The position numbers and the translations under genes are program-made. A DNA stretch of 64,000 bases, from the NCBI GenBank assembly GCA_033551855.1, contig JAWSUI010000012.1, positions 1-64,000 on the forward strand, written 5' to 3'. This DNA comes from Deferrisomatales bacterium. GTDB lineage: Bacteria > Desulfobacterota > Deferrisomatia > Deferrisomatales > JACRMM01. Positions 18,141 to 27,637 of this stretch are shown piece after piece; the first letter of the stretch is position 1, and the number at the start of each line of letters is the position of its first letter. The notes beneath the pieces were generated by a model. The model saw nothing but the letters and a program-made list of their open reading frames with translations, did not search any database and was not told the origin of the DNA.

Positions 18141-19546
18141 AACCACAGACCCTGCGGGCCCAACTCACCCTCTGGTACGGCGCCTTCGTCTTCTGCATCC
18201 TCCTGGCCTTCGGGGGGGCCCTCTATTCGATCCTCGCCCACAACCTGTACCGGAGCGTGGACCAGCGCCTCCTGGCCCTGGCCGACGTGGTGGCCGAGTC
18301 CTCGGTGCGGAACTTCCTGCGCCCGGGCTTCACCGACTTTACGCGCCTCCTGGAGGAGTTCTTCGGGGTGCCCACGGCGGGACAGTTCATCCAGGTGCTG
18401 GACCCCTCGGGGAACATCGGCCCCCGCAGCCCCAACCTGGAGCGCCGGCGACTTCCGGTCTCCCCGATGGCCTTCCAGCGGGCGGTCCACGGCGAGCTCA
18501 GCTACGAGACGTTCGAGGAGGAGCCCGCGCCGATCCGGATGCTGACCTACCCCGTCGTGGTGGGCTCCCGGGTGCGCAACGTGGTGCAGGTGGGCACGAG
18601 CCTCGGCCCCGTGATCGAGACCCTGAACCAGGTGCTGTGGATCCTGGCGGTGGGCATCCCGGGGCTCCTGTTCCTCGCCCTCCTCGGGGGGTGGTTCCTG
18701 GCCGGCAGGGCCCTGCGCCCCCTGGACTCGGTGGTGGGGGAGCTGCGGGAGATGGACGCGGACCGCCTGGGCGTGCGGCTGCCCCAGGCGGCGGGCACCC
18801 TGGAAGTGCGGGAGCTCGCGGAAAACGTGAACGCCCTGCTCGGCCGCCTGGAGGGGGCCTTCCGGCAGATGCGGGCGTTCACCGCCGACGCCTCCCACGA
18901 GCTGCGCACCCCCCTCACCGTGCTCCGCGGGGAGGCGGAGGTGGCCCTGCGCAAGCCGCGCACCGCCGAGGAGTACCAGGCCGTGCTGGCCTCGAGCCTC
19001 GACGAGATCCACCGGATGGGCCGGATCGTCGAGGACCTTCTCCTGCTGGCGAAGGGAGACCTGGGGGAGGCCCCCGCCCACAAGGTGCCCCTGGAGCTCG
19101 GAGGGCTCCTCGACGAGGTGGCCTCCCAGGCGACCCTGCTGGCCGAGGCCAAGGGGATCCGGTTCACCTACGCGGGGGGGCCGCCCTCGCCCCTATCGGC
19201 GGACCCCCTGCGGCTGCGCCAGCTCTTCTGGAACCTCCTGGACAACGCCGTCAAGTACACCCCCGCGGGGGGCAGGGTCTTCCTCTCCCACGGCCACACG
19301 GACGAGGGCTGGGTTCGGGTGACGGTGAAGGACACGGGGATCGGGATCCCCCCGGAGGACCAAGAGCGGATCTTCGAGCGGTTCTACCGGGTCGACAAGC
19401 ACCGCGCCCGGGCCCAGGGCGGCAGCGGCCTCGGCCTCGCCATCTGCCGGTGGATCGCGGAGGTCCACGGCGGCCGGATCGAGGTGCAGTCGACCGTGGA
19501 CGCAGGGAGCTCCTTCACGGTCTACCTGCCCCCGGGGGAGGCGTGA
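18137..19546 (+). CDS. HAMP sensor histidine kinase
   Basis: ASHELRTP, NLLDNAVKY, DTGIGI, GSGLGL; two TM segments. Confidence 0.95.
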   Translation: MKPQTLRAQLTLWYGAFVFCILLAFGGALYSILAHNLYRSVDQRLLALADVVAESSVRNFLRPGFTDFTRLLEEFFGVPTAGQFIQVLDPSGNIGPRSPNLERRRLPVSPMAFQRAVHGELSYETFEEEPAPIRMLTYPVVVGSRVRNVVQVGTSLGPVIETLNQVLWILAVGIPGLLFLALLGGWFLAGRALRPLDSVVGELREMDADRLGVRLPQAAGTLEVRELAENVNALLGRLEGAFRQMRAFTADASHELRTPLTVLRGEAEVALRKPRTAEEYQAVLASSLDEIHRMGRIVEDLLLLAKGDLGEAPAHKVPLELGGLLDEVASQATLLAEAKGIRFTYAGGPPSPLSADPLRLRQLFWNLLDNAVKYTPAGGRVFLSHGHTDEGWVRVTVKDTGIGIPPEDQERIFERFYRVDKHRARAQGGSGLGLAICRWIAEVHGGRIEVQSTVDAGSSFTVYLPPGEA

Positions 19547-20597
19547 CCCCCGTCCCAGGGTCCCAGCGGTCCAGGATCCCCGTGCCCCCCAGGGCGGCGG
19601 ACCACATGGAGGGGGGCTCCATGCAGAGGTAGACGGGGACGCCGGGTCCCCCCTCCCGGCGCAGGGCTTCGACCACGGCCCGGTACACGGCCCGCCGGAG
19701 GGGCCAGAAGGTGCGGAGCTTGCCGTCCTCGCCCGGGAGCAGCTCGCCGAAGAACGCCCGGTGACCCCGGAGCTCGGGACCCCAGACCTCGAGAAAGCGG
19801 GGGGGGAACCGCAGGGTGCCGAGGCTCACCCAGGCGACGCGGCCGGGGTCCACCGCCTCGAAGAGCCGGCCGGCCAGCTCCCGGTACGCCCCCTCCCACC
19901 CCTCTTCCACCAGGATCGGGTCGAAGTGGAAGGCCACCCGGTAGCCGGCCCGGGCCGCCCGGGCGGCGGCACCCAGGCGGGCCGGGAGGCTCGCGGTCCC
20001 CTGCTCTTCCCGGGCGATGACCCCCGGCGGGTTCACCGACCACGCCGCGACGGCGTTGGGCGGGGGGCGCACCGCCAGGAGCCCCTCCACCCGGTCGCTC
20101 TTCGTCTTGAGCTCGAGCTCCACCCGGGGCAGGCCCCGCACCACTTCCAGGAGCCAGGGGGCGTGCCCGGTCCAGGGGTCCAGGGCGAGGGAGTCCGCGA
20201 ACTGCCCGGTCCCGAGCCGCACCGGGCCGGTCCAGGACCGGGCCGCTCGGGCCAGCTCCTCCCGGCCGTCCTCCCGGTTGGCGTAGAGGGTGAGGGGAGC
20301 CTCGGGGGCGTACAGGCGCAGGAAGCAGTAGGTGCAGTCGAAGGGGCACTGGAAGGCGGGGGTGAACACCCGGTAGCCGCACCGGACGTTGCCCGGGCTG
20401 CAGGGGCAGGGCTTGAGGAAGGCCCCGGCCTCCCGGGTCACGTGCACCGTGGCCTTGCCCCGGGGCGGGGGGTCCCCGGGCCGGCGCACCGTCACCGGGA
20501 CCGACGCGGGAAGCCGGGCAAGGAGCTCGCGGGTGAACGGGGCCGCGGCGACCTCCGGGTCGATCTCGACCCGACGGAAGGGGGTGTCGGCGGTCAC
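19515..20597 (-). CDS. Spore photoproduct lyase-like radical SAM protein
   Basis: CPFDCTYC, ELKTKS, AWSVNP, FHFDPI, YLCME. Confidence 0.85.
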   Translation of the reverse strand: MTADTPFRRVEIDPEVAAAPFTRELLARLPASVPVTVRRPGDPPPRGKATVHVTREAGAFLKPCPCSPGNVRCGYRVFTPAFQCPFDCTYCFLRLYAPEAPLTLYANREDGREELARAARSWTGPVRLGTGQFADSLALDPWTGHAPWLLEVVRGLPRVELELKTKSDRVEGLLAVRPPPNAVAAWSVNPPGVIAREEQGTASLPARLGAAARAARAGYRVAFHFDPILVEEGWEGAYRELAGRLFEAVDPGRVAWVSLGTLRFPPRFLEVWGPELRGHRAFFGELLPGEDGKLRTFWPLRRAVYRAVVEALRREGGPGVPVYLCMEPPSMWSAALGGTGILDRWDPGTGVTPPPGAGRP

Positions 20598-21547
20598 CCC
20601 AGGTACCGCCCCAGGGGGTCCAGCCGCCCCTGCCGGAGGAGCCCCAGGAGGGTCTCCAGGGCCTCCTCGAGCTCCCCCAGGGCCGCGAAGGACAGGGTGC
20701 AGCTCAGCCTGCCCCCCTCGAAGGAAGGGGCGTGGGAGAGGCGGGCCCCGGAGGGGAGGCCGAGGGCCCGCGCGTCCTCACGGAAGCTCTCCTCCCACGC
20801 GCTGAGCTCGGGGTAGCGGCGGCGCCGGACCTCGAGGCGCAACCGGTCGGGCCGGCCGGAGAAGGCGGCCAGGTTCTCCTGCGCGAGCCACCGGTCCAAG
20901 GGCACGCCGCGCCCCCACGCACACTCCAGGGCCCAGCGGGCCAGCTCGGAGAGCTTGTTGACCCCGACCGCCGCCCCGGCCAGGAGATCCAGGAGGGCCA
21001 GCGCGTCGTCCCGGGGGGCCCGGGACAGCACCCGCACCCCCTGGAGGGGAAGCCGCCCGGAGGCGAAGGCGTCCCGGTGCCGGGGGGGGAGGTCGGCGAT
21101 CCAGAGGAAGTCGTCGAGAACCCGGGGGCGCGGGGGAAACCCCAGGCGCTCGAAGACCGCCGGGGGGAAATCGTCCGGGCCCTCCCCCGTGTCCGCCGTG
21201 CGGCGGCGGGCGTAGAGCCCCACCTCCACGGGGTTGAGGGGCCGGGCGGCCAGATGGTCCTCCAGGAGGAGGGCCCACAGGTCCCGCCGATCCGCGGGAG
21301 GGGCGACCAGCCGGACCCAGGCGGAGCCCTCGCCCAGACCCTGGAGGATCGCCGCCCGGCGGTACCCTGCCGCGAGGACCGGACGCGGACCCGCCTCCCA
21401 CAGGACGAGCAGCGGGCGCAACTGGCCGTGGCGGGCGAGGCTCTCCCGCAGGCCGGCGTCGTCGCCGGGCCACGAGAAGGGGTAGCGCTCGGGCTCGGGG
21501 AGGACCTCCCCCAGGCTCAATCGCCGCCAGGAATCCGCTGCAGACAC
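20594..21547 (-). CDS. ParB N-terminal domain protein
   Basis: LRESLARHGQLRPLLV..AGYRR..RPLNPVE; C-terminal PSFEGG. Confidence 0.7.
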   Translation of the reverse strand: MSAADSWRRLSLGEVLPEPERYPFSWPGDDAGLRESLARHGQLRPLLVLWEAGPRPVLAAGYRRAAILQGLGEGSAWVRLVAPPADRRDLWALLLEDHLAARPLNPVEVGLYARRRTADTGEGPDDFPPAVFERLGFPPRPRVLDDFLWIADLPPRHRDAFASGRLPLQGVRVLSRAPRDDALALLDLLAGAAVGVNKLSELARWALECAWGRGVPLDRWLAQENLAAFSGRPDRLRLEVRRRRYPELSAWEESFREDARALGLPSGARLSHAPSFEGGRLSCTLSFAALGELEEALETLLGLLRQGRLDPLGRYLG

Positions 21548-22383
21548 CGCTGTGCCTCCCGCCCGGAGTGCCGAAAGACCGCGGCCCGGGCCCCTTCTCC
21601 CCTCTTTTCCGCCCCCAGCGCCACCACCCCGGCCTTGCGCACGAGCTCCTCCAGGGCCTGGCGCCGGTACTCGGCCCGGATCCTGGAGTCCAGGGCCACC
21701 TTCCAGAGGGCCCGCACCCGGAAGCGGTCCAGGCCCCAGTGCTCCCGGGAGAGCTGGCCGGGGTGGCCGTTGCGCTTGACCGTGAGCCGCTCGGGGACCA
21801 GGAGCACCGGGTGGAAGGCGGTGAGGCGGAGCCAAAGGTCGTAGTCTTCGCAGGCCGGCAAGGACTCGTCGAAACCCCCGAGGGCCTCGAAGACCCGGCG
21901 GCGCAGCAGAATCGAGGACGGGCTGATCACGCACAGGGGCACGCACGCGGGGAAGACCCATCCCCCGGGCGTGGTGGGCTTGGCGTGGATCTTTCGGGGG
22001 TTGGCCCACCGGCCCCTGCGGTACCAGGCCTCCTCCGTGTGGCAGGCGACCCACCCGGGCGGCTCGGCGGCGGCGGCGAGCTGGCGCTCGAGCTTGCGGG
22101 GGAGCCAGAGGTCGTCCGAGTCCAGGAAGGCGACCCACTCGCCGGAGGTCTCGGCCACCCCACGGTTTCGGGCGGCGCTGACGCCCCGGTGCTCCTGCCG
22201 GACCACCCGCAGGCGCGGGTCGGGGTAGAGGGCCCCCAGGTGCTCGGCGACACCGTCGGTCCCCCCGTCGTCCACCACCAGGAGCTCCAGGTCGTGCCAG
22301 GTCTGAGACAGGACGCTCCCGACGGCCTCCGCCGCGAGCTCGCGGCGGTCGCGGGTCGGGATGATCACCGAGACCCGGGGCAC
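21517..22383 (-). CDS. GT2 glycosyltransferase
   Basis: VSVIIPT, VVDDGGTD, AFLDSDDLW, CEDYDLWLR. Confidence 0.92.
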   Translation of the reverse strand: MPRVSVIIPTRDRRELAAEAVGSVLSQTWHDLELLVVDDGGTDGVAEHLGALYPDPRLRVVRQEHRGVSAARNRGVAETSGEWVAFLDSDDLWLPRKLERQLAAAAEPPGWVACHTEEAWYRRGRWANPRKIHAKPTTPGGWVFPACVPLCVISPSSILLRRRVFEALGGFDESLPACEDYDLWLRLTAFHPVLLVPERLTVKRNGHPGQLSREHWGLDRFRVRALWKVALDSRIRAEYRRQALEELVRKAGVVALGAEKRGEGARAAVFRHSGREAQRCLQRIPGGD

Positions 22384-22394
22384 GGGCTGGGCCT

Positions 22395-23405
22395 TCAGCG
22401 GCTCCACCGCTCCAGGAGCTTCCCCCCGGTGAGGTCGTCGAAGAACCCCTCGTCCCCCTCGACGGCCCGGCCGCCCCCGTGGACCAGGTTGTGGCCGGCC
22501 ACCCTCCCCTGCCGGGCCGCGCTGAGCCAGCCGAAGTTCACGCGCTGCCAGTTGCCCTCGCTGTCGAAGACCCGGGCCGCGTCGCCCGCGGCGAAGATCG
22601 TGTCGAAGTTGGTGCGCAGCTCCCGGTCCACCACGACCCCGTGGTCCTGCACGATGCCGCTCCCGTCCAGGTACTCCACCGCGGGCACGAGCTCCCGGGC
22701 CTCGCAGACCAGCCCCACGTCGATCGTGCGGCGGCTCGAGGTGACGACCCGGTACCCCTCGCCGTTGAGGTCCAGGACGTCGAGGACGGCCTCGTCGAAG
22801 AGCACCTCCACCTTCTCGGTCAGGAGCCGCTGGACCACGTCGGCCCGGGCCACCGGGGAGGCCGGGCTCCAGAAACGGGTGTGGGTGGTGAGGTAGACGA
22901 CCCGGTGCCCGCGCTTGACGAAGGCCCGCACCACTTCGAGCCCGGTGTGCCCCTCGCCGGAGACCACCACCCAGGCGTCCCGGGCCAGCCCCAGGCGGCT
23001 CAGGCGCACCGCGTCGCTGAAGCACGCCAGGGTGTGGACCTTGTTCCGGAGCCGCGCGGCGTAGTCGGCGAGCCGCGGGGTCGAGCCGCTGGCGAGGAGC
23101 AGTCGGTCGAAGTAGAGGCTGGTGCCGTCGGAGAGGAGGACCCGGGACTCGTGGGGGAAGAGCCGGTAGACCCGGCACCCGGCCCGCACGGTCACCCCGG
23201 GGTCCCCGGTGAGGTCGGGGTCCGGGACGACCAGCTCGCGCCGCCCCAGGGTGCCGGCCACGTAGTCGGCCAGGGCGGGCCGGAGGTAGATGGGGGTGAA
23301 CTCCCGGGAGACGAGGGTGACCTCCCCCTTGGGGTCCTGGCGGCGCACCTCCACCGCGGCGGCACGGCCGGCCGGACCGCACCCGAGAATCACGTACTGT
23401 CGCAT
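22395..23405 (-). CDS. FAD-dependent pyridine nucleotide-disulfide-type oxidoreductase
   Basis: ILGCGPAG, LLLASGS, IFAAGD; the second Rossmann motif is degenerate (GEGHTG). Confidence 0.85.
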   Translation of the reverse strand: MRQYVILGCGPAGRAAAVEVRRQDPKGEVTLVSREFTPIYLRPALADYVAGTLGRRELVVPDPDLTGDPGVTVRAGCRVYRLFPHESRVLLSDGTSLYFDRLLLASGSTPRLADYAARLRNKVHTLACFSDAVRLSRLGLARDAWVVVSGEGHTGLEVVRAFVKRGHRVVYLTTHTRFWSPASPVARADVVQRLLTEKVEVLFDEAVLDVLDLNGEGYRVVTSSRRTIDVGLVCEARELVPAVEYLDGSGIVQDHGVVVDRELRTNFDTIFAAGDAARVFDSEGNWQRVNFGWLSAARQGRVAGHNLVHGGGRAVEGDEGFFDDLTGGKLLERWSR

Positions 23406-23490
23406 GGCCCTTCTCCGCGCCTACGGGGGTGGGGGGCTACGGGAGCGAGGGGGTCAGTGTACGGGCCCGGGGGCCGGTGTCAACTCGGAA

Positions 23491-23540
23491 GCGGAGGACC
23501 GAGGACGGAGGACGGAAGACCGAAGACGGAGGGCGGAGGG
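23491..23540. repeat. Heptamer tract (GAGGACG/GAAGACG) abutting the vapC stop
   Basis: GGAGGACCGAGGACGGAGGACGGAAGACCGAAGACGGAGG. Confidence 0.8.
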
Positions 23541-23542
23541 CC

Positions 23543-23977
23543 CTAGGCGGAAATCAGGCCAAACCCCAGCCCCTCGGCTGCCCTCACCAGGGCGTCGTCG
23601 AAACCTGCGAAGCGAAAGTCCACACCGGACCCGAGCCCGTCCCGCACGGATTCGGCTGCTGCCAAGTGGACGCTGTCGTAGCCCCGAAGGCCGAAACGTT
23701 CCGCGAGGTCTGCGGCCCGGCGAATCTGTCCCTCTGTCGGCAACACCACTCGAAACCGCTCCCATGCCTCATCGAGCTCCCGCTTGTGCAGGATGAGCCC
23801 CTCCGGCGTTTCCCGCCGTTGGCGCAGCGCCTTGGCCAGACCCGCGCGGACCTCGGCATAGGCGATCAGATGAGTGCAGGAGGCAACTGACTCCCGCAGC
23901 GCCTGTCGGACGAGGTCCGCATGCGGCTCTGCGATATAGAGCTTCACGATGGCCGAGGAGTCGAGATACAGGATCAC
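23543..23977 (-). CDS. VapC PIN-domain toxin
   Basis: YLDSSAIVKLY, YAEV, LRGYDSVHLAAA, FD. Confidence 0.92.
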   Translation of the reverse strand: MILYLDSSAIVKLYIAEPHADLVRQALRESVASCTHLIAYAEVRAGLAKALRQRRETPEGLILHKRELDEAWERFRVVLPTEGQIRRAADLAERFGLRGYDSVHLAAAESVRDGLGSGVDFRFAGFDDALVRAAEGLGFGLISA

Positions 23978-24270
23978 TCCCGGTCCTCGCAGATCATTTC
24001 GGAGATCATCTCGTCACCGGGCTTCCAGGGAATCGGCTGCTTGGAGCCTCGAGGTTTGCCTCCCTTGCCCGGGCGAATCCAGGGCAAGGCGTCCAGCCGC
24101 GCGAGCGCTTCCGCTTCTCCGCCGGCCGGACTCTCGCCGGAAACCGGGTCCGCGGGGACCAGCCTGGCAATGGGCCTTCCCCCGTCGGTCACCACGATCT
24201 CTTCTCCCCCTTGCATTCGGCGGAGATACTCCGTGAAGCGGCTTTCGATCTCCTGCACGGCCACCCTCAT
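23974..24270 (-). CDS. Phd/YefM antitoxin
   Basis: SRFTEYLRRMQGGEEIVVTDGGRPIARLVP; overlaps vapC. Confidence 0.88.
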   Translation of the reverse strand: MRVAVQEIESRFTEYLRRMQGGEEIVVTDGGRPIARLVPADPVSGESPAGGEAEALARLDALPWIRPGKGGKPRGSKQPIPWKPGDEMISEMICEDRE

Positions 24271-24378
24271 GGTCTCGTCCTCCCTGCAACCGAGAAACAG
24301 GCACTCAGTATAGCCGTGAGGTCCGTCCCCCGCCACGCCGGCTGGGTGCCGGCCACGGACGGAGGGCGGCGGGCCGGC

Positions 24379-24549
24379 TCACGCTCCGCAGCGGCCGCAG
24401 GCGGAGCAGCCGGGGCAGGAGTCGAGCTCCCGCCGGCACCGGGGGCAGACCCTCCAGCCGGGGTCCAGAAGGGGGCAGCCGCAGCCGGGGCACGCCCGGG
24501 CGGGGGCCTGGGGCTGCCGGGAGGCGGGGCTCCTGCGGCGGGCCCTCAC
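24379..24549 (-). CDS. Small Cys-rich protein coupled to feoB
   Basis: GTG overlaps the feoB TGA; CPGCGC..CPRC..CPGCSACGRC; 56 aa. Confidence 0.65.
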   Translation of the reverse strand: MRARRRSPASRQPQAPARACPGCGCPLLDPGWRVCPRCRRELDSCPGCSACGRCGA

Positions 24550-26390
24550 AGCACCACCTGGGCGACCGTGCCCCCCACCGCGAAGGCGAGGGCGCACGCC
24601 GTCAGCCAGATGAGCACCGCCTCCCGGACGCCCCGCTCCTTGAAGAGGATCATCAGGCTCGCGATGCAGGGAACGAAGAGGGTGATGGTGACCAGCGACA
24701 CCACGGTCTGCCAGGGGCTGAGGGAGAGCTCGGTGAGCCCGGCGGCCCCGAAGTCCCGCCGGACCATCCCCATGACGAAGGCCGTGGCCGCCTCCCGGGG
24801 CAACTTCAACCACCCCTCGGTCAGGGGGGCCAACCCGCGCTGCCAGGCGGCCAGGCCGCCGCTCACCTGGAGGAGCGAGACGCCCAGGGCCCCCACCACG
24901 AACCAGACGTAGGCCTCTCGCATGAAGAAGTAACTGCGCACGAAGATCTTGCGCACCACGTTGCCCGGCCGAGGCCAGCGCATGGGGGGCAGGTCGATGA
25001 GGAGCGCGGTGCTCTGCCCCGGGATGATCCGGTGCAGGAGGGTTCCCACCGCCACCAGGCACGCGAAGATGACCAGGGCGTAGGCCGCCGTGTACCCGGC
25101 CCCCACCGCCGCGAGCATGCCCACGATCACCCCGAGCTGGGCGGAGCACGGGATGACGAAGTTCAGGATGGAGGTGGCGATGGTGCGTTCCCGCTGGGAG
25201 CCCAGGATGCGGGTGGTGATCGTACCGAGCTGGACGCACCCGAACCCCAGTATCACGGGGATGACGGCACGGCCGTTGAGCCCCACGGCGTTCATCAAGC
25301 GATCCAGGAGGGCCGCGAGCCGGGGGAGGTAGCCCGAGTCCTCCAGCAGGGAGAGGGCCGTGTAGAACCCCATCACCAGTGGCAGGAGCAGCCCCAGGAG
25401 GTAGGTCACGGTCATGGTCAGGACGCCGAACTCCCCGACCAGGATCCGGCCCAGGACCGACGCCCCGGGCACCCACCGGCCCACGAGGCCCCGCATCCAG
25501 GGCTCGTAGTAGCCCCGCAGGAGGGTCCCCTCGGTGAGATCCACCACCCCCCCGGCCACCCACACGCCGATGAGTTGGTAGCAGCCCCAGAGGACGAGGA
25601 ACAGGATGGGGAGCCCGGTGAGGGGCTCGAGGCAAAGGCGCCCCAGACGGTCCCGAAACCGGACGGACCCCTCGGGGCGGCGCACGTGCCGCTCCACCAG
25701 CTCGTCGACCCGCCGCCGGCGCAGAAGGTAGACGCCCTCCCTGCCCTCGAGGGGGGCCACCCCGTGGCGGGCCGCCACCACCGGGTCCCCCTCCAGGAGG
25801 AGAAGGGCCTCGGGGCGGGAGGGAACCCGGTCCAGGAGCCGCACGACCTGCGCCTCCAACTCCGGGTGGGCCTTTCCGGGCACCGCCCGGTCCAGCGCCT
25901 GGTACACCTCCTGGAGGCCCCGACCGTGGGCCGCCGCCGTGGGGATCACCGGCACCCCGAGGGCCTCGGCCAGGCCGGGCACGTCGATCTCGAGGCCTGC
26001 CGCCTCCGCCTCGTCGCAGAAGTTCAGGGCGACCAGGGTGGGCAGCCCCATGTCCAGGAGTTGGAGGGTGAGGAAGAGATCGCGCTCCAGGTGGGTGGCG
26101 TCGACGACGTTCACCACCAGGTCGGCCCCCAGGACCACGTCCCGGGCCACCCGCTCCTCGTCGTTGAAGGACCCGACGCCGTAGACGCCGGGGGTGTCGA
26201 AGAGGTCGTCGTCCCCGGCGCGGCCCCGGTGAACCTCCACGGTGGTGCCCGGGAAGTTGGACACCTCCACGTACACCCCGCTCCAGGACCCGAAGAAGAT
26301 GGACTTCCCCACGTTGGGGTTGCCCACCAGGACCACTCTGCGGCGCCTCGCCTCCCCCTGGGGAAGCGAGGCCGCCGGGGAATGCCTCAA
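24546..26390 (-). CDS. feoB: Ferrous iron transporter B
   Basis: GNPNVGKS, NFPGTTVE, DTPG, LEDSGYLPR, PCSAQ, PCIAS. Confidence 0.95.
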   Translation of the reverse strand: MRHSPAASLPQGEARRRRVVLVGNPNVGKSIFFGSWSGVYVEVSNFPGTTVEVHRGRAGDDDLFDTPGVYGVGSFNDEERVARDVVLGADLVVNVVDATHLERDLFLTLQLLDMGLPTLVALNFCDEAEAAGLEIDVPGLAEALGVPVIPTAAAHGRGLQEVYQALDRAVPGKAHPELEAQVVRLLDRVPSRPEALLLLEGDPVVAARHGVAPLEGREGVYLLRRRRVDELVERHVRRPEGSVRFRDRLGRLCLEPLTGLPILFLVLWGCYQLIGVWVAGGVVDLTEGTLLRGYYEPWMRGLVGRWVPGASVLGRILVGEFGVLTMTVTYLLGLLLPLVMGFYTALSLLEDSGYLPRLAALLDRLMNAVGLNGRAVIPVILGFGCVQLGTITTRILGSQRERTIATSILNFVIPCSAQLGVIVGMLAAVGAGYTAAYALVIFACLVAVGTLLHRIIPGQSTALLIDLPPMRWPRPGNVVRKIFVRSYFFMREAYVWFVVGALGVSLLQVSGGLAAWQRGLAPLTEGWLKLPREAATAFVMGMVRRDFGAAGLTELSLSPWQTVVSLVTITLFVPCIASLMILFKERGVREAVLIWLTACALAFAVGGTVAQVVL

Positions 26391-26644
26391 AGGGGTCCCC
26401 TACCCCCCCGATGCCGGTGCCCCCCGCCTTCCCCCTCCACCTGGATGGTGCGCGCCAACTGGCGGCCCACCGCGATCTCCTGCCCGCCGTACCGGAGGAC
26501 CACGGGCCCCAGGGGGAGCTTGGCGTGGCAGCGCACCCGGGACCCGTCGCCGATGCCGAACCGCAGGAGTTGCACCCGGAGATCGTCGTCCGGGATCCGG
26601 GTCACCCGTGCCCACTCGCCCCGCCGCATATCGCTCAAACACAT
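26387..26644 (-). CDS. feoA: FeoA protein
   Basis: LLRFGIGDG..LPLGPV..EIAVGRQLA; AGGAGG RBS. Confidence 0.9.
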   Translation of the reverse strand: MCLSDMRRGEWARVTRIPDDDLRVQLLRFGIGDGSRVRCHAKLPLGPVVLRYGGQEIAVGRQLARTIQVEGEGGGHRHRGGRGPL

Positions 26645-26662
26645 CGCCCCTGGCCTCCTATT

Positions 26663-26681
26663 GATAACGACAGTCATCATA
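26663..26681. promoter_or_regulatory. Fur box upstream of feoA
   Basis: GATAACGACAGTCATCATA matches GATAATGATAATCATTATC at 14/19. A second candidate is GTGAGATTCGTTTTCAG at 26712-26728. Confidence 0.7.
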
Positions 26682-26769
26682 GGGACCCGCGGGCCCCGGG
26701 TCAAGGGGAAAGTGAGATTCGTTTTCAGGACGTTCGTGACGCGTGCCCGTGGTGTTCCTTCGTGATACC

Positions 26770-26787
26770 CCTTGACCTCGATCAAGG
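26770..26787. promoter_or_regulatory. Crp/Fnr-family (HcpR-like) box
   Basis: CCTTGA-N6-TCAAGG palindrome 63 nt upstream of the ferredoxin. Confidence 0.65.
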
Positions 26788-26850
26788 CGTGCCCCGGCCG
26801 CCCACGCCCATACTGCGACCCACGATCCACCCGAGACCAAGGAGGACGCC

Positions 26851-27627
26851 ATGAAGCGTCAGATCATCCGTATCGACGAGTCCAAGTGCAACGGCTGCGG
26901 CCTGTGCGTGCCCAGCTGTGCGGAGGGCAGCCTCGAGATCCGCGACGGCAAGGCCGTGCTGGTCGAGGACGCCCTGTGCGACGGTCTGGGAGCCTGCCTG
27001 GGCCACTGCCCGGAAGGGGCGCTCGTGGTCGAGGAGCGGGAGGCCGACGCCTTCGACGAGAAGCTCGTGGAGCAGCGCCTGACCGAGCTCGGCCGGGAGC
27101 CCCTCCACCCCCCGCCCTCGGCGTGCCCCTCGGTCCAGCCCCTGTCCCCGGGGGGCGGCTGCCCCTCGGCTCGCGTCATGACCCCCGGCGGTCCGCGGCA
27201 ATCCGATGCGGAGGCCCGGGCCGGCGCCCCAGGGCCTGCCGCGGTCTCGGAGCTAACCCAGTGGCCGGTCCAGCTCGGGCTCCTTCCCCCGACGGCGCCC
27301 TTCTTCCGCGGGGCCGAGCTGCTGTTGACCGCCGACTGCGTGCCCTTCGCGCTCCCGGACTTTCACCGGCGCCTGCTGCGGGGCAAGGCGGTGGCGGTGG
27401 CCTGCCCCAAGCTCGACAACGCCGGGGCCCACTTCCAGAAGCTCATCCAGGTGTTTCGCGAGGGGGGCCTGAAGGGGGTCACGGTGGTGCGCATGGAGGT
27501 TCCGTGCTGCGGCGGCCTGAGCGCCCTGGCCACCCAGGCGCTCCAAGAAAGCGGCGCCGACCTGCCCTTGAGGGAGATCGTCGTCAGCCGCGACGGCACG
27601 GTCCTCGAGGAGAAAGCGGTCGCGTAG
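26851..27627 (+). CDS. 4Fe-4S ferredoxin-domain protein (hcp-regulon type)
   Basis: CNGCGLCVPSC, CDGLGACLGHCP, QWPVQL, ACPKLD, MEVPCCGGL. Confidence 0.9.
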   Translation: MKRQIIRIDESKCNGCGLCVPSCAEGSLEIRDGKAVLVEDALCDGLGACLGHCPEGALVVEEREADAFDEKLVEQRLTELGREPLHPPPSACPSVQPLSPGGGCPSARVMTPGGPRQSDAEARAGAPGPAAVSELTQWPVQLGLLPPTAPFFRGAELLLTADCVPFALPDFHRRLLRGKAVAVACPKLDNAGAHFQKLIQVFREGGLKGVTVVRMEVPCCGGLSALATQALQESGADLPLREIVVSRDGTVLEEKAVA

Positions 27628-27637
27628 CAACCGTTCT

